Source: Vicugna vicugna (taxonomy: Eukaryota). Taken from it: 64,000 bases of DNA. The translations under genes were made by a program, and so were the position numbers. How positions within the stretch are numbered: the stretch's first letter is position 1; every line of letters starts with the position of its first letter. Below the pieces are notes generated by a model, which saw only the letters and a list, made by a program, of their open reading frames with translations, was not told where the DNA came from and did not search any database. The stretch is taken from the NCBI GenBank assembly GCA_013265495.1, contig MU058844.1, positions 10,624,184 through 10,688,183 of the forward strand, given 5' to 3'. Below, piece after piece: positions 1-10,606 of this stretch.

Positions 1-399
1 GAATAGAGTCAAGAATATAAAGTTAGGAACAGTAAATTAGATGTGACCTCTGGCCTGGCCCCTTTCAGGCCACAGTGCTAAGTTAGTCCATTGGGTGGCA
101 GGAGTCATCCCAGAAGTCCTTCCTTCGCTGGGATGCCCAGCAGTAACCAAACTACCCAGAGATACGAGTGCAGGCCATGTGAATACGTTCTACCAGGGAC
201 AACGTCCCTTAGCTCAATCTCAAAAATGCCTGTAGCCTCTCTGAGGCCACCGAACAGCAAGAGAGATGGATGATGGAAGAGAAGTCAGAGTGTCAAGAGG
301 CACAAAGTGTGACAAAAAAGTAGTAGTTGCAATTTCTTTCTATGACCAGGGGAACTCATTTCTGGGACCTTGGAAGAAGACTGAACAAATAAGGGAGTC

Positions 400-630
400 T
401 GAAGTTCCAGCTGGTATCATGGGAGAGCTGCTTCTGGACCTCTGAGGAAGGGTATCAGATGAACTGGGAGGAAGACCACTAGGCACAGGTGATGAGATGG
501 TTGGCACGAGAGTTTGGAAAGGACGGGGGGAGAGAGGATATGGAGGAACCCTGTAATTAGAGCTGGCTGCTGAGCCAAGGGAAAGAGAAAGGTCAAAAGT
601 GTCTGAAGTCATCACTCGGGATACTAAATA
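400..630 (-). mobile_element. LINE-2 fragment (purine-rich on the plus strand)
   Basis: ggaggaagaccactagg...gggaaagagaaaggtcaaaagtgtctgaagtc resembles the antisense L2 body. Confidence 0.45.
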
Positions 631-2177
631 GAAATCTGGGCGTGAACTGCTCTTGTGCCTAAAAATTTCTCTGCACGTTAAATACTCTGTTGTTCTAGGT
701 TTAAGTGCTTGGTATTTATTACCATCACTGATGTTCAAAATATCACATCTTTCGTCAGCGGAAGCCTCTTCACGGAGGCTCCTAAGTCTTGTGACATGAC
801 CGCTAGTCTTCCATAGTTGCCTTGCTTTCTGGTAAGATGAGATTTCTGGGCTTGTTTTGTATAGTTCCTGGGCCATACCTGGAATCTTCCATTTCTCCAG
901 TAAGGCCCAGATTCTCTTAGTGAGAAACTGTATTTTCAAACCATATCTGGCTCTCCGGACGCTCGCTGCTACTGGGTCAGTCTTTGTTTCTAGGCCTTTT
1001 CCATGGACAGTGCCAGGAAAGCTGTATGTATATAGACATGTGCGTATGTATATGCATATATTCTGCACCTTAGGCACGATAAATACTCTAGGTCTGTGAA
1101 AGAAACTGACCATTGTTTTAAACTTGCTCTGTTCGGCTACTAGGCAGTGAAAGCAGCACATTTTAAAGTGGGGTCTTAGTGACATGGAAGAGGTGGTGCA
1201 GGTTCCCCAGGCGACTGACTTATCAACAGCAATAAACTTGGGCACCGGGAGAATCTGGATGGCAAATTAGTGGTTCAGGAAGTGGAAACGTAGCTGTAGT
1301 GTTTTTCGGCTGTTAGGCTTCAGAATATAAAATTGGCCTGATGCATTAGAGTGGCTTTGGAAATCTGCAACATTTTTATTAGAGAGATCACTGAATACCC
1401 AGTAATGTTGGTTCTAACTCCACCACCACAGTGACAGCTAGACACTATTTAGGGTGACCCTGTGACATAGCAAGAACGTTTCTCACACTTGAGTGATTTG
1501 TTAGAAAAGCAAAAACAGAATTGATTTGATCACACAATGAAGAAAATCAAAACTGGGCTCGGCTATGGAGATGACGAGTTCTTGTACTGACTGCTTTTGA
1601 GCAAGAGTATGCTTCGCTTTTTTTTTTTTTTTAAAAAACTAAAATTGGGTTAGCTGTAAAAAAAAAAAAAAAAAGCATTACCGTGAGGATTCCCTCTCCA
1701 CCAGATGTTACTGTTCACATATATTTGAAATGCTGAATGTTTAATGAAACACTGTTGTTAAAAACTGTATTAGGCTATATTTGATACATTTGCCTACTAT
1801 GTAATTCTTTATAAGTATTTACCTAATAAATCTCAGATAAAAACTATCTTTCATATCATAAATTTTGACCGAAAAAAGCAAAACCAAAAAACAACCCACG
1901 ACAAAATTACAAGTGGTCATAAGCATTGCCTTTCAAAAGAGAAGCAAAAACCTTCAGCTTTCAGTGGTGTAGGACTGACAATTGATACTTTGGCTATGAA
2001 CGAGGCAAATAGGTTACATCTTCTATGCCAATTGCAATAAACTGAGACTGGCTTCCCGGGGCTCTGTGGTGGGATGAATTCTGAGACTGCTTCCAGGCTC
2101 CGTAGGAAAGAGAACTGTGATCAGTTAAGGAGCGGGGAGTCGCGGCATGTGTGCTACGCCTTCGGTGTCAAGGATTA

Positions 2178-2342
<165 letters not shown>

Positions 2343-3706
2343 CTATGAAAACCAATAAGAAAGTGTAAGTCATTTTCCAAACAAAAGTGACTGTAGTTTG
2401 TACATATACATTGTAAACTCAGGGAGGAGGACTATGACAATTAGATTTTGAAAACTCTTGGCATTAACCAATAGTTGTGCGTTCACTAAGGTATCAGGAG
2501 TGGTTGGAACCCATTTCAGTTTTTAAATAGCTCATTTATACTTCAACATTCATCAAAACATATCCATAATTCAATGGTTCAGGAGATAAGACCAAGATGA
2601 CATTTTTAGAGACTGCATTCTGAATAGTACTGCCAAACTCTTTGCAAAAATTCGTAACTTGATTAAATAGCTTTGAAAAGTGCCTAACATTCTTTGGTTA
2701 GAATCAACCTACTTAATTTTTTTTTAACATTTCAAAATAGGATTATGTCTAATACTTGGTATTTAGATTTTTGAATAGAAGACTTGCATTTGTGTTCTAC
2801 TTAAATTCTATTTATTGATGAGAAATTCTAAATTGCTAATAGCAGAAATACAACAAAGTAAGTTTTTTCACTTTTAGTTGTACTCATCTCAAGTGAGGTC
2901 TAACTGCGTTTTTCTTTATCCTAAAATGTGTAAAAAAAAAAATCTAAGTGGTAGGTTAAAACCCAAATACATAGTAATACAAAGTTTCTCAAACCCTCAC
3001 ATGATTTAATTGGTGCCATATTTTAGTTCCAAGAACATCCACCAATCCTATGCCCGAATATTTCTGAACAACTGATAAGTGTTTAAAATGATGATGCTAT
3101 ATAGAGAACTTGTACCTTCCTCAGAAAAGAGACCTATGTGTTCTCCCACCTTAAGTGTCTTACTCTTGAGGATGACTAAAAACCATGGTATCGAACACGT
3201 GCAAAATTTCTGCATTCATATTTATAAGCAAGAGGGTGTGGAGTTGTATTCTCGGATGCCGGAGGCTCTCCATTGCTCTCTGGCATAGGGGATGAAGGGT
3301 ATAGATGGCAAATCAGGGTTGATTTTTTAGTATCTTCCCCTCACCCCCAAACAGTGATTCCAGAGAAGGTAATGGTTGTGTCAGACCTCCATACCGCATT
3401 CCGATGTTAGAAGTCTATATGCAGAAGCCATATCCTCAGGTCCTCTCCTGTTAAACTCTTAATAGGACTGTTTTGGGCCTTATCTGTAACTTGATGTTGT
3501 GTTAAATTGGCTAACTTAGACGGAGTCTCCACTGCGGAGATTCCTGTGGGGGTAGTCATTAAATCCATCTTTGGAAAAGGGAAGGGTATCTACCTATGAC
3601 ATGATTTATCTATAGGTGAGAAGTAATATATTGAGTGTGTGTGTGAGAACTGGTACCTCTTGCTGCTTAATCAAAGTAATACTTTAATTGAAAACATTAC
3701 CACATA

Positions 3707-3794
3707 GAAGGGTGGTTATAGCTCAGCGGCAGAGCGCATGCATGGAGTCCTGGGTTCCATCCCTAATACCTTCATTAAATAAACAAAACCCCCG
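3707..3794 (+). mobile_element. tRNA-derived SINE, diverged Vic-1-like copy
   Basis: GGTTATAGCTCAGCGGCAGAGCGCATGCATGGAGTCCTGGGTTCCATCCCTAATACC plus an A-rich tail; flanked by aacattac at 3693-3700 and 3795-3802 (TSD-like). Confidence 0.75.
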
Positions 3795-6700
3795 AACATT
3801 ACAGCATGTGTGTATAGCCTCAGTTCTTTCATTGGCTTGAGTTCTTACAGCATCTTACCCATTGTCTCTTAGGTTACTAAGGACTTTTTTTTGTCTGATT
3901 GCACATGGCAATTCCCCACATGACTATGAACTCCTTGAAGACAAGGTCCTTCCCTGAATTATTACTTTCCACACATTTTCAGAAAGTAAATACATGGAGA
4001 TTTTAGATGATTCTCCCATTTTGAATTACCCAGGTCGTACCTCCCTTCCATTAGTGTAGATAATAGAGAGTTACTCCTAATGTGCTAAATTCACCTGAAG
4101 TGCCTACTCGCCCCTAGGAATTAATTTACACATCAGGAGAATCTAGTGGAAAAAATTACTTTTCACAGTCTCTGAAAATACAGAATGGGTGTCAGTAGCA
4201 CAGAAATTAATACAAAGTACAGACAAATTCATCTGAACTTTAGGAGACAAGAGAAATGGAAATGAATGAAATTGCTGTTCACAAATGCTCATTAGGAGGG
4301 TTCTTTTTTGCAGGATTCTGTCTGTTCGCCACAATCGCCTCTCTGGGGAGCTTATTACTGGCAGTCACCAGAGCAATGACTACCTCTCGGTTATCTTACC
4401 TATATTCGCTCCCATCCACTAGAGTTTTGCTTAGTCAGGAAATTTATCTAGAGTGACTTTAGTCCCTTCTGCCTAATCAAATTACCCCTAACCATTCAGC
4501 CCTAGTCCAAGCTCCAAACCTTTAATGATAAAGTACCTCCTTACGATGCCAGCCCACGTGGATTTCTGCTGCTGATTGCCTTATAGCCAGGAGTATGGTG
4601 CTTAGGGATGTTTTTTCTGTTTCTTTCATATAGGTGAGTTCCTGTCACTCTAAACTCCAGAACAGGGGTTGTACCTTACACTTCTTAATAAGGTGCATAA
4701 CAAGGGCTTATAAATCACTGCTGGCAGATTGCATTGAAGTGAGAACCTCACTCACCTTTTGCTTTGTACACAGCACAGACACCAGTGTTCTATCAAAAGT
4801 GTGTCTCAGTTTAATCAGCGAGTCAACTAATGAATATATTTGGAGCTCCTTCTTTGTGTCTAGTGCTGTAGACGTAGCTCCTTTCCTAAAACTGGAAACG
4901 AAAACATTTCTGGACGTGTTGTTTTTATAAGATAATTCCAGGATCCTATAGGGTTGCAGCTGACAGACGAGTGCTTTTGCTGCTGCGATTAGCTCGTGAC
5001 GGGGCCTTATTACTATTAGGAATTTCAGCTGTATGTATCATGTATTTCAGTCAATAGCCTTGATCACTGGGTGGAAACTGCCAGTTAGTGTTAGAAAGTT
5101 CCAGCTGTGAGATTCAGAGAAATTAACCTGCTCTTTTAGAATGTGGAGCTGACAATCAGAAAGCACCTTTGTTCTGAGCAGTTTGATAATTCTGATATTT
5201 TTTTTCAAGCAGCCGCTGAATAGAGTAGACACAAATTAATGACTTAACAGACAACTACAGTAATACCTTTCCTTTCTGAAAAGCATTATAGCTATTGGAA
5301 CGGAGGTCATCTCCAATGGATAAATGAAAAGCTTGATTTAAAATGAATATTTACTTGATGACTTTAATAGCACCATCCATTATTTCACGTGTAAAAAGAG
5401 GTGTTTGCTTTAATGACCTTCGCAAATGGGGCTAAGTTCACATGCTTGTTGGAAATGCAGTTCTTTGGAATGAGTTTTTAAAAAGGTACCTGAATTGGCT
5501 AAAGGCTATGACATTTTAAAAGGACATATTCTATTTATGTTAATCGTAAGATTTTTCTCTGTGTTAAATTAGCAAGAGGTTCTCTGAATAGGTTTTTCTC
5601 TGAGGTTGGGAATCTTTTCAGAGCTAACAGACAAATGGCAGTCCAATAATCTCTCAAAATGAAAATCTAGACTATTTGCGTATTCTCCATATGCAAAAAT
5701 GCAAAAATGTTATTCATTTGTAAGAAAGGACAATGACAGGCTTTAAATTTTAATAGCAGAACGGGTGGCCTTAAATATATCCTTTGTGTGGTGGTATCTT
5801 TCAAATTCATTTTATTCCCATAACTACTCTCCTACCCCTGAAGTGTCTGCCAAGTCGGTATTTACATCTGATGGTCCAGATGGTCACAGTGTGAGGTGTT
5901 GCTGTGGACGTACCCAGGCTAAAAAGACTGAATCCGGCCGCGTGTACAAATGTACAGTAAATTGTTCAGGCGAAGGAGACCGCGTTACTGCTTTTAATAC
6001 TGATTTTTTGTGAGGGTGCTATACAATCTATTAACTTGGTGTTCGTTCAATTATTCATTTATTTCTTATTGAACAATGGTTGAGTTTCACGATAGACTCT
6101 TCCAGGTTCTAGTCTAGGTTTCATAGACACCTTGATGAATAAGGTGACCTGAAGTTCAGAGTGTCATGGAGGGACAAATTCAAACAGAAAAACAGTATAA
6201 TGTGTTAACTGCACCCTATATGAGGCACAGATGCTGTGGAAGCAGAGAAGGTTAAACCTTTCCAGGGTCTAGTGATAGAACTGAGGAAGGAAGACTTGAC
6301 TTGGAGATGTTTATCCCCAATAATCAGGGTCAGTTTTTCCAGCCACCCCAAAAAAACATCCTTTGTAAAACGAATGTGCCTGCCATACGAATGTAGCTTT
6401 AGGGTGCGTCTTCCAGCTCCCCCTGTCAGCCAGAGCTAGTGTGGCTGGTGACATGAAGTGTCCTTGAAGTACCTGAGCTGAGATGGGACGATTCCACAGG
6501 AGGAGTCAGTGCGAACTCTGTGGAGAACAGGGCAAGAATGTTCTAGGCACAGGGACACGTGTGCAAAGTCCTCACTGCTTAAACTCGTTACTCTTCTATA
6601 AGCATAAAACTCATGTTAATTCAGTTAAAGACAGATTTCTATTTATGATTTATTATCTTCAAGATTTTTCACAGTAATCTTTAACTTTTATTTTAAGAGA

Positions 6701-7079
6701 TACACTTGAAGTCCTACTAGAAATAATAGCAACAGAAAAGTGGATATTCTGAAGTGATCTAAGAATGATGAAAGCAGGAAGTCAAAATGCTTATTGAAAG
6801 TAACAGCAGAGTGCAGGACAGAGTGACGGAAACATCACCGGACTGAGGCACGGGCATTTCACTTGTTTGTTCATGAAACATACTTATTGGGCATCTCCTG
6901 TGTGTCATGCACTGTTCTAAAATCCGAGATACAATAGAGCATGTGAAGTCAATGAACAAAATAAACAGTGAAATAGAAGGCCAAGTAAAGTAGTTCGAAG
7001 AGTCCCTGGAACATAAAATGAACTACATGAGTGCTTCCTATTAAAACAAAAATCCTGTTTCTACCACACTCTTCTCTAG

Positions 7080-8466
7080 AAAGAGCCACACCCATGTGCT
7101 CCTTTTCACAGCCAAACCTCTTTTGGAACAGACTGTAATCACTGTCCCTATTTACTCATGGTCCACTGCTTTCTCTGTTTTATTGAAATGGCTCCTGTTA
7201 AGGTTTCAAACAACCTCCATCTGAGTAAGCCACAGATGTTTTCCAGCTTTCATGAACCCAGACTCTCAGCAGAATTTGTTGACTTCCCCTTTCTTCCTTT
7301 GATTCTGTAGTATGATGCTTCCTTGATTTATCTGCCTTTCTGGCTGCTGATTCCTCGTCTCCTTTCTCAAGGTTTAGTCCAAGCCCATTTCTTTTCTTAA
7401 GCTGGTGTTATCCCAGTCTGTGGCTTTAGTTACCACCTAGAAGGGATTCCCAAGATTGTTTCTTCAGTTTAGATCTTTTATCTGGACTCTAGACCCATAA
7501 ATCCGCTGCCTACTTGTCATTTCCACATTAGAATATTCCATCCAGATCTTAGTCTCAAATGCCAAAAACCGAATTTTATGATCTTTCTCACAAACTTGGC
7601 TCACTCTATTTCAGTATTGGTAACAGCCTCCAAATAGTTGTTCAAGACAGAAAACCGGGCATTACCATTGACTGTTGACTTCAGAGTTCTGAGTTTATCT
7701 ATTAGTCATCTCTTAGGTAGGTTCACTTGTTTTCACCCCTTCCCAGTAAATCTCTAATATCCCAATATCAGAATATTTACCCTCTACTCTGACAGTCTGT
7801 CATCTGGGTTAGTCTAGTCGTCTCTCAGTTGTTCTCCTTAAACTGACTGCTGGAATATGATGGGCAGGGTCACCTTTTGAATAACAAGTCTGCTTAAAAT
7901 CCTCAAGTAGGTCTACTGTCTGTCCTGGGATAAAGACCCACAGCTTTAGCATCAGTTATAATATCCTTCAAGGTATGGTTCCTGCTTACTCCTCAGTCTC
8001 CTCTCCATCCACTTTCCCCCCCTGTGTTCCAACCCCATCAGGCTTCTTTATATCATTGAATGAGTCATGTTAATTGCACTGTGTTGTCTTGTAAATTGTT
8101 CCTTTTGCCTGACACATTCTGTCCTCTTGTTACTCTCCCTTCAACTTACCTACTTTTTACTCACCATTCAGACCTGATCTAAAATTTTGTTTATTTAGAG
8201 AAGCCTTACCTGACTCTCCAAGTAAAGCCTTTCTCCGAAATTCTTTAGTAGTTCCTTATATTCTTCTCTTGAAATACTGACTGCAGTTATCAGGTATTGG
8301 AATCATGCACAGTAATTATGTACAGTAATCCTGTGTTGATTTGTCTGGTTATGGGATTGTATCTCACTTACATGAACTTGGGCATCTTTATACAGTATCC
8401 TTTTAACTATGTGTGGTGCCTGGCACATTGTACATGATTAGTATATATTCATTGGCACAGAATGCA
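7080..8466 (+). mobile_element. LINE-2 3' region, degraded
   Basis: CT-rich L2-like text (gaaatggctcctgttaaggt..aacaacctccat; gactctagacccata..ctgcctacttgtcatttccac; agagaagccttacctgac) ending in gtggtgcctggcacattgta...gaatg. Confidence 0.75.
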
Positions 8467-8489
8467 TATATGTTTATGGGATGTTCAGC

Positions 8490-8889
8490 TCTAGCAGAGA
8501 ATACCAGCTATTTGTCAAAATCCATCCTATTCTTCGCAGACACACAGCTAGACTACATTTCTCAGCCCTCCTTGCAGCTGGATGAGGTCTTGTGATTGGA
8601 TTCTGGCAAGTGGAATGTGAACAGAAGTGGTGTGGACTTAAACCTCCACGACGACTACCTATGAACTTTGTTCTCTCCTATGACTGTGACAGTGACCTTG
8701 GAACCTGGATGCTGAAGATAGCAGAGTTTCAATGAGCCAGGATCCTCAAATGGTTCAGTAAAAGAGCCCTACCTGCCAATATGGAACCGCCGTGTGCTAT
8801 TGATTGAGCAAGAAATAAATGTCTTTTGCTGAACCATTACATATTTGGGTCAATTTCTTACTGTAGCCTAGACTGACATAATTAATACA
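8490..8889 (+). mobile_element. MaLR LTR (MLT1 family, probably MLT1J/I-like)
   Basis: acacagctagactacatttctcagccctccttgcagct...ggaatgtgaacagaagtg motif; AATAAA at about 8814 followed by tttcttactgtagcct...taataca terminus. Confidence 0.7.
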
Positions 8890-9393
8890 AATTAATGCAT
8901 TCTAAACAATATTTTCAAAAGTGTGATTAGTGATCCCTTACACTTTTCATAGAAAATGAGCAATGTTTGTACTTCATTAATTCAGTTTGCCAAACACTTG
9001 GTTTTTTCAATATGTCAGTCATGTTTCGAGGTACTAGGAAGAAAGGAGGATTAAAATTTGTTCTTGCACATAGGAAACTTACTGTGTTGGGGAGAACAGG
9101 CATACAGAGAGAAGTTTACCATAAAGTGGTAAGTGCCATTTTAGAAATAAGTATTAGAAAGGACCATAATAGAGAAAGTAGAGAAATTTGTGGTTAGTTT
9201 CATATGTGAATTTTGAGTGGATGGGGAGGTGAACGTGGGCAGAATACAGCCTGGAAAGTGAGTCCTAGAAATGTCCTTGTCAAAAGATTCTTCACGTCGT
9301 AGAGTGCTGTAGGCCCAAAATTCTACCATTCGTTACCTTTCCCTAAAACTTTTGATTTTTCTGAGTACTTGAAAATATTATGAAATGCTGTTT

Positions 9394-9406
9394 TGCCCCC
9401 TAGTGG
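9394..9406 (-). promoter_or_regulatory. CTCF core motif
   Basis: Minus strand CCACTAGGGGGCA, a full match to the CCASYAGRKGGCR consensus; occupancy untested. Confidence 0.6.
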
Positions 9407-9727
9407 ATGACATGGCAGTTCATCATGGGATTAAACTTAAGTTGACTGTTCCCTGGGTTATGGAAGATGTACGTAAGTGAGATGGGCAGATCTCCGGAGA
9501 TGGTGAAGACGCCCCCGTAGCTTAGGACGCGGCTTTAATTAGAGGGCCTAAGTAGGAATCCAGGTAAATGACCAATTGTACGAGGACATGTGAAGAGGAA
9601 GGGAAAATAATGGAGAACAGCCTGTGGAAGGTATCTAAAGAGAAACCTTTACCAAGCTGCTTTGTCCCTTTAACATTCCCTCTCTGTTAACTATGTGTCC
9701 TTGATTTTCTGGGTCAGATGCAATTTT

Positions 9728-9842
9728 CATTCATTCATTCATTTATTGGAATATAGTCAATTTACAATGAGCGTTGTGCTAATTTCTGGTTAGAGCGTAG
9801 TGATTCATATATGTGTGTATATATATATTCCTTTTCATATTC
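9728..9842 (-). mobile_element. Very short 5'-truncated L1 3' end with TSD
   Basis: Resembles the 3' end of the L1 at about 55.0 kb (atatagtcaatttacaat...atttctgg...ttttcatatt); flanked by tcagatgcaatttt (9714-9727) and tcagatccaatttt (9843-9856). Confidence 0.75.
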
Positions 9843-10416
9843 TCAGATCCAATTTTAAATATTCTATTTTCATGTCCTCCTGTGACTTTGAGGGCTCTTT
9901 CAAATAGTCATTTGGACTACGAGAACCAGTATTGTCTTCTTTAAAACAGAAGTGTGAATACTAAGTTAATTTTGAAATAGGGGCAACCTCTTTGTGCATA
10001 CAAATGCAAATTTGACCTATGCAGTTACAGAGGAAGCCATTGTATAGAAATGTTGCGCCAGAAGGCATGAGTGGTGCTGGAGTATTCATGAAAAACAATG
10101 CCAGATAGTGCCTGGAAGGCGTTGCTTGGCACTTTGAACTCGGAGAAGTGTCATCTCTAGTGACTGAGAGAAGCCCTTGAATGATGTATATCTAGTCTTC
10201 CCAGCAGAGCAGCATTAAATGTTCACTAATCATACTCGAAAACCGCTAAGACTTCGTGACCTTCTGTCACTCCACAGCTATGTTCACCAGTGCGTTCTAA
10301 CTAACTTAAAAGGATATCCTGGGGTCACAGGGTCTTAACAGAACACAGAAGCCAAGATGCTTCTTTTATCCAAAGAACACTTTCCCCTTTTCTGCCACAA
10401 GTTCTGCCACAAGCCA

Positions 10417-10430
10417 CCTCCAGGGGGCGC
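10417..10430 (+). promoter_or_regulatory. CTCF core motif (copy 1)
   Basis: CCTCCAGGGGGCGC, one mismatch to CCACCAGGGGGCGC. Confidence 0.55.
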
Positions 10431-10592
10431 TCCAAGCAAGTTCTAAGTTCTGGGATGGTGACCAAGAAGAAATCCACAAGGAGCGGCAATACCACACAAG
10501 CAGGGGACACCACTGCCCCAGGAAGGTTTCCCTTTTCCTTCTCAGAGCCGGCTGGGTGAACGCTCTGCAGACCGAAGTTCTGCCACAAGCCA

Positions 10593-10606
10593 CCTCCAGG
10601 GGGCGC
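10593..10606 (+). promoter_or_regulatory. CTCF core motif (copy 2, duplicated)
   Basis: Identical CCTCCAGGGGGCGC inside the second copy of the 46-bp direct repeat. Confidence 0.55.

Noticed and set aside
4611..4639. Strong polypyrimidine-TAG|GTGAGT recursive-splice-like motif
   Set aside because: It is on the plus strand, antisense to SYT1, lies in L2-like sequence, and there is no evidence for a plus-strand transcript.
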